From contig CAZKGL010000001.1 in the NCBI GenBank assembly GCA_964552565.1, positions 567,060 to 626,815 of the forward strand: a stretch of 59,756 nt of DNA. Reading direction: 5' to 3'. A model generated the notes under the pieces. The model was not told where the DNA came from. It ran no database searches and saw only the letters and a list, made by a program, of their open reading frames with translations. Position 1 is the stretch's first letter, and every line of letters starts with the position of its first letter. The DNA comes from an uncultured Gammaproteobacteria bacterium (lineage in GTDB: Bacteria > Patescibacteriota > Patescibacteriia > UBA9934). Position numbers and translations under genes: made by a program. Of this stretch, positions 1-8,421 are shown one piece after another.

Positions 1-552
1 CTTGGAGAGATAGATGGTAATTTTGTCGGTATCATAGCCCACCTGCATCGGTCCCTCGAATGCGGTGCCATCGGTGATGGACATAAAAGAGGAGATGGGC
101 GGCCGCAACGGGTCGAAACTCTTTTCTGCAATGAATGAACACGCGCCACCGGCTGCCAGTACGTCCCCCTGCTCGATGTCGAAAGTTGCGCCATCGTAAT
201 CCGGGTGGCATCCGCTCGGCTTGTATCCTGGAATGTTTTTCTCTGCGCAGATAAAGAATTCGACAGTAACTTGTTCTCGGAGCAGTTTGGCCGGAACCGA
301 GAAATGCTCGATGATTTTCCTTGTCGAATAGCTTCGTCGGAAGAATGTGTTCCGGCACTGCACTTCGAGCATGAATGCCGCGGAGCCGTTCCTAATCTGT
401 TCTTCAATAGCCTCGTTTTTGAGACTGAAATGCGGGGTTAGGATAACCTCTTCTTTTGCCAGTTCGTAACGGAAGTCTACATCGAATGTCCCCGCGAGGT
501 CGTCCTCGTTTCCGAGCACTGGATGCGGGTAAGATTTTGCATTAACCTTCAT
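1..552 (-). CDS. Hypothetical protein with N-terminal YPHPVLG motif (3'-truncated by window edge)
   Basis: Manual translation from ATG at 552: MKVNAKSYPHPVLGNEDDLAGTFDVDF...; open for 184 codons to base 1; overlaps the stop of the upstream GHKL gene by 11 nt; absent from the ORF track because no stop is in the window. Confidence 0.8.
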   Translation of the reverse strand, partial: MKVNAKSYPHPVLGNEDDLAGTFDVDFRYELAKEEVILTPHFSLKNEAIEEQIRNGSAAFMLEVQCRNTFFRRSYSTRKIIEHFSVPAKLLREQVTVEFFICAEKNIPGYKPSGCHPDYDGATFDIEQGDVLAAGGACSFIAEKSFDPLRPPISSFMSITDGTAFEGPMQVGYDTDKITIYLSK

Positions 553-2419
553 AGCTTTCGATTCCAACTGCGTATTTCTTCGGAGTGTTCAGACGGACGG
601 CGAGTTTCAGCGATTGCCCAGGCCTAACATGCAGGTTTTTGATGAGCGAACCCGCAATTTCGTATTGTTGCTTACTGTCGGTATCGGTGGCGCTTTTAAC
701 GTCTACGGGATAGCTGCCATCGTCGCCAACAGCCACGATACGCACTGCTCCGTCGGTCTCTTCTTTTCCTGAAATCACGAAGCGGTATTCGATGCCTTCC
801 GATGTTTTTTGAACGAAGCTCCTGAAGCTGATGTCGCCCGTGTTAATGCGCTTGTTCGCATCTTTGCCTTCTTCATCGCTGGCACCGGATGGGATGCGGC
901 TCTTGTCTCCTTTTGCATTGCCACCTGTATTGCTCTTCTTTCCAGGCGCTTCGCCTGAGGCGGTATTCTTCACGACCGTTGCCCTCCTGACTGTTCTTTC
1001 TACTTCTCGGGCGGCTGGCTCCTTTGACGCGCCGACTTCTCGTCCGCTTTCTTGCTCCTCCTGTTTAGAGGTCGGTTCTGCGAATTCCGGTTTTTCAGCA
1101 AGTTCCTCGTCTCTATTTTCGCTGTCAGGAAGATATCTATCGAGTCCGGGAATATCCTGCGGTTCATGCAGATTGTCTCCGGCCATGCTCTTCAACTTGT
1201 TTTTAATGAATTCATCCAGTTCTACGAGTGCCGCCCAGCCGTTTTTGGCGCCACGATACCTGTCCCACTTATCGTGTGCCGGAGGTTCAAGGTCGCGCAA
1301 TAGAGAGTTGCCTCGTTCATCCTCGCAAACAAATACCCCGGCATAAGGCTCTCGCAGAGAGCGATAGGCTTTTTCCTGGACGAGCATCTTGGGTTTTCTG
1401 GCCATCATGACCTTGCTGGGATAGCCGTCCTGCTTTTTTACATACAGGGTGACATGCCCGAGATGGCGCAATTCTTCGTCAAACCGCTGCGTTGGCTGAG
1501 TTACGGTCTCGAAGTAGCGCTTAGCGTCCTCTGCATCGAATTCCTCCAGCCTCTCCGCGAGAGTATCTTTCGAGATTATGATTTCCTCTCCATCCTTCAC
1601 GGAAACTTCAAGGTCTCCATTTAGAATTGCAAGCCAGAAATTTCCGAGGACGGAACGGATGAGGTCGGACTGCCAATTTTCATCCGATACATAGCCCATG
1701 ATGAAAATATCGGTACCGCGCTGCCTCCGTCGGAACAAGTCCGGAATCTGCTTTGAATCACGAACCGCGCGATACCCCTCGATTCCATAAAATCCCACCC
1801 CTTGTCGCATGTCGGACGTTTCATCTTTGTGGCTAACAAGACGGGCTTTGCCCTGGAAGACGGCCTCCCCTCTATCGTTCACGCTTGAGTAGAAGACGGT
1901 ACGCAATACGGACGCCGCAATTGGCGCACCTTTACCAATTCCGAACGAACCGCCGGTGGCGCCTTTAGGGGAACTGGTTCCAGTTGCTCGCACAAGACGA
2001 TACCAGTTTCCGGTATTATCATCGTCGGCCCCGGAAAGACCGACGGTGTTATAGTCGCTGATTTTAAGCACTGAGAGCTTTTCACCGCGCAAAACTTCCT
2101 GCGCATTTGTAAAAAACTGTATGGCCTTGTGCTGGCCTTTCATGTTTTCAAGGCAACGTTTGATGCGGCTTTGAAAGTCTTTACTTCCGGGAAACTCGGC
2201 GATGCCTACATCAAACCGCTCGAACGCTACACGGACGGGCTTGTCAGCTTCCAGGCGCGCATCTACTGCATTTTGAATAGTCTCGCGGGCGATATATTTC
2301 TCGTGGTCTCCCTGAAAATACTCGAGCAGAGAATCTGCGAAACCGTGTTCTTCGCCGTGGCTGGTGCTCGGGAAGTACCAGAAAATGTTTTTTGGCTTTC
2401 TGCTGAACAATTTAGGCAT
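542..2419 (-). CDS. GHKL (Bergerat-fold, MORC/HATPase-like) ATPase, 625 aa
   Basis: GHKL motifs in order: ETIQNAVDA, ISDYNTVG, GGSFGIGK, RGT; charged low-complexity linker and a C-terminal domain. Confidence 0.8.
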   Translation of the reverse strand: MPKLFSRKPKNIFWYFPSTSHGEEHGFADSLLEYFQGDHEKYIARETIQNAVDARLEADKPVRVAFERFDVGIAEFPGSKDFQSRIKRCLENMKGQHKAIQFFTNAQEVLRGEKLSVLKISDYNTVGLSGADDDNTGNWYRLVRATGTSSPKGATGGSFGIGKGAPIAASVLRTVFYSSVNDRGEAVFQGKARLVSHKDETSDMRQGVGFYGIEGYRAVRDSKQIPDLFRRRQRGTDIFIMGYVSDENWQSDLIRSVLGNFWLAILNGDLEVSVKDGEEIIISKDTLAERLEEFDAEDAKRYFETVTQPTQRFDEELRHLGHVTLYVKKQDGYPSKVMMARKPKMLVQEKAYRSLREPYAGVFVCEDERGNSLLRDLEPPAHDKWDRYRGAKNGWAALVELDEFIKNKLKSMAGDNLHEPQDIPGLDRYLPDSENRDEELAEKPEFAEPTSKQEEQESGREVGASKEPAAREVERTVRRATVVKNTASGEAPGKKSNTGGNAKGDKSRIPSGASDEEGKDANKRINTGDISFRSFVQKTSEGIEYRFVISGKEETDGAVRIVAVGDDGSYPVDVKSATDTDSKQQYEIAGSLIKNLHVRPGQSLKLAVRLNTPKKYAVGIESYEG

Positions 2420-2422
2420 ACA

Positions 2423-2641
2423 TTAAAGTTTGAATTCACCGTCTTTGTTTGGGAACGTGAACTTGGCTTTGACCTCGCGTACCCTTCGCTCAATTTCGGA
2501 GAAGATTTTTGCAACCTCTTCTTCTGAATAATCATAGTGGCTGCGGTTTGCGCAGTTTCCCAGGATTTTCAGACGGCGAAGCACCTCGTTTGTTCTTGCT
2601 GAGGCTAGCCGTTTAAAATTATCGCGTCTTTTATATTCCAT
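2423..2641 (-). CDS. Small basic helical protein (72 aa), possible controller-like regulator
   Basis: Intact ORF 3 nt upstream of the GHKL gene; preceded by a promoter-overlapping palindrome; function inferred from position only. Confidence 0.7.
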   Translation of the reverse strand: MEYKRRDNFKRLASARTNEVLRRLKILGNCANRSHYDYSEEEVAKIFSEIERRVREVKAKFTFPNKDGEFKL

Positions 2642-2661
2642 ACGTCAGGGAGTCAAAAACA

Positions 2662-2695
2662 ATGTAAATATGAAACATATTTACATATAGGTCAA
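2662..2695 (-). promoter_or_regulatory. Internal promoter with a perfect 11-bp inverted repeat (candidate operator)
   Basis: ATGTAAATATG-aaa-CATATTTACAT at 2662-2686; minus strand reads TTGACC-17 nt-CATATT across it. Confidence 0.5.
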
Positions 2696-2719
2696 CTTTT
2701 TAATAACAGACGCTATATT

Positions 2720-3133
2720 TTACCTGTCTTTAGCGATAAAATCGGCAATTTTTTCAAGGGTAGCGTCCGGCCTCACCTTTAGTTCATGTCCCCAGACTCG
2801 GAGAACACGCCATCCGTTTCTTCGGAGGTATCGGTGGTTCCGTTTATCTCGCTGTATATTTGATTCGATTTTTTCCTGCCAGTATTGGCCAGGAATTCTG
2901 CTCTTCCATTGTGTAAAGCGATAGCCATGCCAAAAATCACCGTCAATAAAAACGGCAATCTTCTTTGAGGGGACTGCGATGTCGGGTTTTCCTCGTACTC
3001 GACTGTAGTGCCGCTGGAAATGGATGCCGTTGCGGCGGAGATATGAAAACGCTGCTTTCTCTATGCCGGTATTCTTACTTCGAATCCTGGCCATTATCTG
3101 GCTCCTTTTTTCCCTTGAGAAGACATCCGCCAT
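2720..3133 (-). CDS. vsr: Very short patch repair endonuclease
   Basis: MADVFSREKRSQIMARIRSKNT, GKPDI, FIDGDFWHG, LRVW: Vsr signatures; start reassigned to 3133. Confidence 0.93.
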   Translation of the reverse strand: MADVFSREKRSQIMARIRSKNTGIEKAAFSYLRRNGIHFQRHYSRVRGKPDIAVPSKKIAVFIDGDFWHGYRFTQWKSRIPGQYWQEKIESNIQRDKRNHRYLRRNGWRVLRVWGHELKVRPDATLEKIADFIAKDR

Positions 3134-3137
3134 AAAC

Positions 3138-4100
3138 CTAAGACTCCAGTGCGATGCGGATGCTCTCGGCAATGCGGGCGATAACCGGGATTGTGACTGA
3201 GTTTCCCACCTGCTTATAGTGATAGCACGCCGCTTGGTTATCGGGAAAGACAAATGAATCTGGAAATCCCTGCAGGCGAGCGCACTCCCTTGGCGTCAGC
3301 TTTCTAATGCCGTTGGCATCCCGAACAATCGGTACGTTATGTCCTCCGACTCCCATGCTTGCCGTCAGCGTTGGGCATACGCCGCTCTTGTTTTCGCGTA
3401 CATAAACGCGGCGGTACTGATAGACTTTGTCCTTGCGTTTAGCGATGGCCTTTAATTTGGGGAAGATGTACTTATCTTCGGGGCCATAGTAATACTTTTC
3501 ATCGACTTTTTTCTCGAGAACGCCGTTCATTGTTTTGGTGAGCGGAATCGGCTCTGGCCACCGGAATTTAAGCATGGTCTTCGGATTGCTGAACCCGACG
3601 ATATAAACGCGTTCACGAGTCTGCGGAACATTGCCAAAGTGCATACTGTTCAGCACCTTGGCTTCAATTGTGTAGCCCGCATTATGCAGCTCTTCGCTAA
3701 CCCTTTTGAACGTTTCTCCGTGGTCGTGATTAATGAGGTGCTTTACGTTCTCCAGGAAAATCGCCCTCGGTTTTCTCGCTTTCAAGATTTCAATTACAGC
3801 AAACAGCAAATCGCCGCGCCCCTTATCGGCGAAGCCTCGTTTATGGCCGGCGATGGAAAATGGCTGACATGGGAAGCCGCCGAGCAGGATGTCAAAACGC
3901 TTGGGAACTCGTTTCATCCCTGGTTCTTTGATAACGTCAAAAAGATTAGCGACGTCGATTTCGCCGAAATTGAGCCTATAGGTTTCCGCCGCCTTTTGGT
4001 CGATGTCATTCGAATATGCAATATCAAAACCAGCGGCTTCAAAACCGATACGAACGCCCCCGACACCGGCGAATAGGTCAATAGCTCTTAAACTGTCCAT
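3138..4100 (-). CDS. C5-cytosine DNA methyltransferase
   Basis: DLFAGVGG, GFPCQPFS, FLENV, QTRERVYIVG, YKQVGNSV motifs; start reassigned to 4100. Confidence 0.97.
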   Translation of the reverse strand: MDSLRAIDLFAGVGGVRIGFEAAGFDIAYSNDIDQKAAETYRLNFGEIDVANLFDVIKEPGMKRVPKRFDILLGGFPCQPFSIAGHKRGFADKGRGDLLFAVIEILKARKPRAIFLENVKHLINHDHGETFKRVSEELHNAGYTIEAKVLNSMHFGNVPQTRERVYIVGFSNPKTMLKFRWPEPIPLTKTMNGVLEKKVDEKYYYGPEDKYIFPKLKAIAKRKDKVYQYRRVYVRENKSGVCPTLTASMGVGGHNVPIVRDANGIRKLTPRECARLQGFPDSFVFPDNQAACYHYKQVGNSVTIPVIARIAESIRIALES

Positions 4101-4502
4101 GTTTCTTTGAAAAAGTCGGGATATTACGTGGTGCAATCATACCAGTTTGAGGCCGTTTAATAAAATAAGTTGTCCGCAGTGTTTGAGCGGGTACAGAGAC
4201 TCGAGGAATGTTCGGTTTTTTTTAATGCCGGAGGGACTTAAAATGCGTTATAAATAACGCATGAGTTTGTACGGCTTGCGACTATAAGCGCAGGATATTA
4301 TACTGTCACTACAATTGAGCCTAAACCAAGCGTTTCCACGTTCGGCATGGCACTTAAACCCAACCAGGATACTGAACCCGTCGTTCAGCAATCCTGGTTG
4401 GTCGTACCCCGAAAGGGGTGCGTTGTCCCGAAAGGGGCAAAAGCTGGCGGCGGGCTTTGTGTTTGCCGACAGTCGAATAAACACCCAACCAACCAGGGTA
4501 AT

Positions 4503-4892
4503 ATGAAAAAATGTCCATTTTGCGCCGAAGAGGTGCAAGACGCGGCGGTGAAGTGTAAGCACTGCCAGAAGTCTTTGAGTTCAGTAACGCCAAGTCAAGC
4601 AATCCAGACAGAGGTCATCAAGCCCCAGACTGAATACGCCAGGACGCTTGGAGCCAAAGTTGGGAACGTGTTCGGCGTTTTCATTATCATTGGCGGTATT
4701 GTCAATCTCGTTCAGCCGACCAAGGAGATGCCGCCGCTGGCCAGCCTATTTGTAATACTCTTTGGCCTCGCGCTCATGGATTTCCATATGCCGTGGCTGA
4801 AGCGTAAGTGCAGCCTGAAAACGATTGATAGGCTGCGTGTCGGCATTCCTGTCGGCATTCTTTTCGTGCTTGTCATTCTTTCCGCTCTTTAA
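4503..4892 (+). CDS. Zinc-ribbon membrane protein
   Basis: MKKCPFCAEEVQDAAVKCKHC followed by three hydrophobic segments. Confidence 0.8.
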   Translation: MKKCPFCAEEVQDAAVKCKHCQKSLSSVTPSQAIQTEVIKPQTEYARTLGAKVGNVFGVFIIIGGIVNLVQPTKEMPPLASLFVILFGLALMDFHMPWLKRKCSLKTIDRLRVGIPVGILFVLVILSAL

Positions 4893-4893
4893 T

Positions 4894-5403
4894 ATGCAGA
4901 CCAAGAAATGCCCATTCTGCGCGGAGGACATCGTTAATGAGGCAGTGTATTGCAAACACTGCAAAAGCGACCTATCGGCCAAGGCCCAGCCAGCGAAGAA
5001 AAAGACGGGGCTTAATTGCGTAGGCGCAGCAGTCTTCTTCGGTGCTTTATTCTTCATCCTCATGCTTGGCGCAGCGGCTACGATGGATACAACGAGCCTT
5101 TCTACTGAAACTGATACAGCGTTCCATGAGCCAAACATTTGCGATATCAACTCCTACGTTGCTGGCGCGGTGATTCAGGGCTATGCTAAGTATCCTGACG
5201 AGGCAAAGCAGTCATGCACTTACGCTAGCATGAAGGACTTGGGTAATCACGAGTACGAAATTAACGGCTACGTCAAGGCAAAGAACGCATTTGGAGTAGA
5301 AGGGCGTATCTATTACACGGTTGTCATGCGCTATAAGGGTGGAACAACAAATGATTTCGACAATTGGGAATTGGTCAGTGGTCCGGAAATCACGACCGAA
5401 TAA
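4894..5403 (+). CDS. Zinc-ribbon membrane-anchored protein
   Basis: MQTKKCPFCAEDIVNEAVYCKHC, one TM segment, soluble C-terminal domain. Confidence 0.8.
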   Translation: MQTKKCPFCAEDIVNEAVYCKHCKSDLSAKAQPAKKKTGLNCVGAAVFFGALFFILMLGAAATMDTTSLSTETDTAFHEPNICDINSYVAGAVIQGYAKYPDEAKQSCTYASMKDLGNHEYEINGYVKAKNAFGVEGRIYYTVVMRYKGGTTNDFDNWELVSGPEITTE

Positions 5404-5638
5404 AGATTATCCACAGTATCAGCTTGAAGGAATCCGTTTTATGTGCTAAATGTAGCTCATCATCAAAGCGTGATACGCGACCGAGACCCATTCTCGGCGA
5501 CTGGCATTTCGGCCAGTGTGCTACCCGCATAGTCGGCTTCAGCACGTCGCTCGCGCCCTAGACCATACGATTGTCATAGTGCATCCCCCTGACCCACGGG
5601 CGCTCTATGACTTTTCGTTTTTATAGGGTCAGGGGCCT

Positions 5639-6589
5639 ATGCCTGAGAAAAAGTTAGAGGAACTGTTCGAGGAGTTTCTTTACGAATGCGATAACGTTGC
5701 CCGTTTGCGTCCAGAAACGCTAAAGGGCTACCGAGCAGCATTCGACTTGCTCATGAAGGTTGGAGAGAATTCCACTCTGACAACCATTCAGGAGCCAAAG
5801 TTCATGACGAACTTCTTTGCCAATTTACGCACACGTCCGCGTAAGGTTGGGAAAGATACGTTCACTAGCGGAATCAAGGAGAGTACAAGCGCAACGTATC
5901 ACGCGAAGCTTAAGAAGTTCTTCCGGTGGCTAAAGGCAAGGGACTACATCAAGGAGAATCCCTTCGACAAGATGGTTGCGCCGAATGTCGAGTATCTCGA
6001 TAGGAAGTTTCTTAAAAAAGAGGACGTTCACAAGTTGTTCCATGCTTGCAACTTGGTGATTCGTTGGGAAAACGATTTCGTTCGTCGCCGCAATCTCGCC
6101 ATGCTCGCCGCGTTGCTGTATTGCGGCTTGCGTCGCGGTGAGCTGCTTGGCCTGGAATTGCGTGATGTAGACCTGGAGCGCCGCGTGCTGACGGTACGTG
6201 GCGAGACGTCGAAGTCAAAACACATGCGGCGTATTCCGCTCAATGTCGAAGTAATGCGAACTTTTGAAGACTATCTTCGCGCCCGCGGAGCGCAAGGTGT
6301 CAACACATCAGCATTGTGGGCATCTAGCACTGAACACAGCGGACTTACGAGAGACGGTTTGAAGCACTTGGTCACTAAGCTGAATCGGGAGTCGGGAGTG
6401 AAGTTCCACATCCATCAGCTACGGCACACCTTTGCCGTCAACCTCTTAGCTCAAAGCGTCGATGTCGCAAAGATTCAGCAGCTCATGGGCCACAAAGATA
6501 TCAGGATGACCGCCAAGTATGTCCGATGTTTCCCGGCTGATGAAATGCGCAACGATGTAGCGTCACTCAATTTTGACCAACTAATTTAG
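5639..6589 (+). CDS. Tyrosine recombinase/integrase (XerC/D-like fold)
   Basis: GLRRGE, HQLRHTFA, LMGH and KYV catalytic motifs. Confidence 0.95.
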   Translation: MPEKKLEELFEEFLYECDNVARLRPETLKGYRAAFDLLMKVGENSTLTTIQEPKFMTNFFANLRTRPRKVGKDTFTSGIKESTSATYHAKLKKFFRWLKARDYIKENPFDKMVAPNVEYLDRKFLKKEDVHKLFHACNLVIRWENDFVRRRNLAMLAALLYCGLRRGELLGLELRDVDLERRVLTVRGETSKSKHMRRIPLNVEVMRTFEDYLRARGAQGVNTSALWASSTEHSGLTRDGLKHLVTKLNRESGVKFHIHQLRHTFAVNLLAQSVDVAKIQQLMGHKDIRMTAKYVRCFPADEMRNDVASLNFDQLI

Positions 6590-6598
6590 CCCTATAGT

Positions 6599-6859
6599 AT
6601 GAATAATCAGCAAGAACAAGAGGGAGAAGTTTTAAAGAATATCCTTATTCTTTGCAATCACTGTCGGCACGCCTGGTCACCCGTTCTAGTTGATGAAGAC
6701 CACGTATCTGACGCTACCAGCCGATGCTCGAAATGTCATAGCGCCGACTGGTCCGGCTATCTTCATGTGATAGATTCAAAGCACGACTTAAATTGGCGCA
6801 CTTTCGAGACCCTTATCGAGAGTGAGGAGATTATGGAATTAGGTATGAAGATGTCATAA
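6599..6859 (+). CDS. Small CxxC..CxxC protein directly after the integrase
   Basis: CNHC and CSKC; 9 nt after the integrase stop. Confidence 0.6.
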   Translation: MNNQQEQEGEVLKNILILCNHCRHAWSPVLVDEDHVSDATSRCSKCHSADWSGYLHVIDSKHDLNWRTFETLIESEEIMELGMKMS

Positions 6860-6953
6860 AAGTTGTAGGCGGAGGGACTAGTTGCGGAAAATCTGAAACC
6901 GAAGGCCGCCAAGCTGATTGGCGGCCTTGTACGTCTATTAAATTCGCAGCGGA

Positions 6954-8033
6954 TTATCCTGTGCCGACGATGTACTCAGCTCGCTTTAAAAGCTCGTCAA
7001 AAGTGAGTATTTCGATACCCGTGACACTTTGTCTAAATCTCTGGAAAGTGTCTCTCGCATCCCGCCTTTCTGCGATGCTCGCCAATCTGCCGATTATGAG
7101 AATGCCACTTGGCGACGTCGTATATGCCTTTTTACTTTCCAGCTTGTCACTGTTGGTGGCTAGCCGCGAGCCGTTGTTATCCCATTGGCAACAATTGGCT
7201 TGTAGTTGAGTAATACCATCGGTTAGCTCGTTCGCTAGACTCCATGCGCCATTTCTCTGAGCATCGGCACCCTTCAATAGTCGAGTAGCTGGCGTTTTAA
7301 TTTCCACCAGTACAGTAAAACCAATGTCGCCCTCGGTCACGCAGAGGATATCGCCTTTTTCTCCGCCGGAACCGTCCATGGCGACTCCGCCGTAATGCGG
7401 TTGGGATTGTTCGAGCCTCAGAATCTGATAGTTTAGACCGTAACCGAAAATCCACTTGTTAGCTTCGAAGAACTTCTGCCAGTAGGACTCCTGTCCATCG
7501 CCCTTTGTCTCGAGGCTGATTCTATATTCTTCCAGCACTTTCTTCCTTGCCGCTTGCAAGTGGCCAAGAGATAATTTTGTAGCTAATCCGGGGTCATTTT
7601 TCTCCAGCTCTCCCCAGAAGTCACTAGGGTAATCTCCGCTCAGCAGCTGTTTAATAACTTGGTATTTGTTTTCTTCCGTAACCGTAAGTACGTTGGATTT
7701 TTCCACGACGGCATACTGCCGAGTGCCGTTAGGAATCCCTTGATTAACGATTTCTTGTCTCGTGGCGACTCCAGCTACGAGCTTAGCGAGTTCAGCGGTT
7801 CCAATTTCAATTTTTACCCCTTCATTAAGTTTAAGTTTTCGGAAGTCCTCCTCAGGTATCTGCTCCCAGTCCTGTCCGCGCTCCTTCTTAAATCTTACAA
7901 GACGACCACGAACACCTCCGTTGTGCACTTCCGGCTGAAACACCAAACAAGTTGTAGGTGTTTGCTCGAGCAGTATCCAGTCAGTTTTAGCGAATCCACG
8001 GCCTACGGTTTGCGTGGTTATAACTTCTCCCAT
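6954..8033 (-). CDS. sduA: Shedu anti-phage nuclease (DUF4263 family)
   Basis: ESYWQKFFEANKWIFG, KGDIL, VLVEIKTP, GITQL, GILIIGR, EILTFDEL pattern typical of DUF4263. Confidence 0.85.
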   Translation of the reverse strand: MGEVITTQTVGRGFAKTDWILLEQTPTTCLVFQPEVHNGGVRGRLVRFKKERGQDWEQIPEEDFRKLKLNEGVKIEIGTAELAKLVAGVATRQEIVNQGIPNGTRQYAVVEKSNVLTVTEENKYQVIKQLLSGDYPSDFWGELEKNDPGLATKLSLGHLQAARKKVLEEYRISLETKGDGQESYWQKFFEANKWIFGYGLNYQILRLEQSQPHYGGVAMDGSGGEKGDILCVTEGDIGFTVLVEIKTPATRLLKGADAQRNGAWSLANELTDGITQLQANCCQWDNNGSRLATNSDKLESKKAYTTSPSGILIIGRLASIAERRDARDTFQRFRQSVTGIEILTFDELLKRAEYIVGTG

Positions 8034-8266
8034 ATTAGTAGGAATTCTAGAACATCAGCCTTTGCTGCCAGTAAGTTGAGGCATTCTATTGGCTCATATA
8101 TAATATAGAGACAATCTAGCATACATATTCATTCAAAAGAACATCAGAAACCTCACTGAGTTCGCGGCAAAAAACGGGTCTATCGTTAAGGGGGTAAGAA
8201 ACTTGCCAAAAGTAACTTTCTTCCTTATACTCTGCACCATTCCTACCAATTCCCCTATGGGAACTT

Positions 8267-8312
8267 CATGGTAAGGATGAGGTCTCGGGTTCAATCCCCG
8301 ACTGTGGCTCCA
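8267..8312 (+). pseudogene. 3' half of tRNA-Thr(GGT): attachment-site duplication
   Basis: CATGGTAAGGATGAGGTCTCGGGTTCAATCCCCGACTGTGGCTCCA has the GGT loop, T-arm and CCA; upstream bases give no D-arm and cannot pair with the acceptor or anticodon stems. Confidence 0.87.
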
Positions 8313-8344
8313 AAAAGTCCTCTGCAATTTGCAGGGGATTTTTT
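8312..8344 (+). terminator. Rho-independent terminator after the tRNA 3' end
   Basis: GTCCTCTGC-AATTT-GCAGGGGAT followed by a T-run. Confidence 0.7.
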
Positions 8345-8421
8345 GTTTGCGTTTGTATACTAGACAGCCTTTTTCGGGTGTGGTGAGGATGGATACGGGC
8401 TCAGCCCTAGGGGGAAAAATC

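Larger units (their letters stand above)
1..8312. mobile_element. Right-hand part of an integrative defence island inserted at tRNA-Thr(GGT); left boundary outside the window
   Basis: Tyrosine integrase at 5639-6589; 3'-tRNA duplication (att) at 8267-8312; defence cargo; visibly more AT-rich than the sequence after ~8400. Confidence 0.8.

Noticed and set aside
8221-8312. Intact tRNA-Thr gene
   Set aside because: The 5' half cannot form the acceptor, D or anticodon stems; only the 3' 46 nt match
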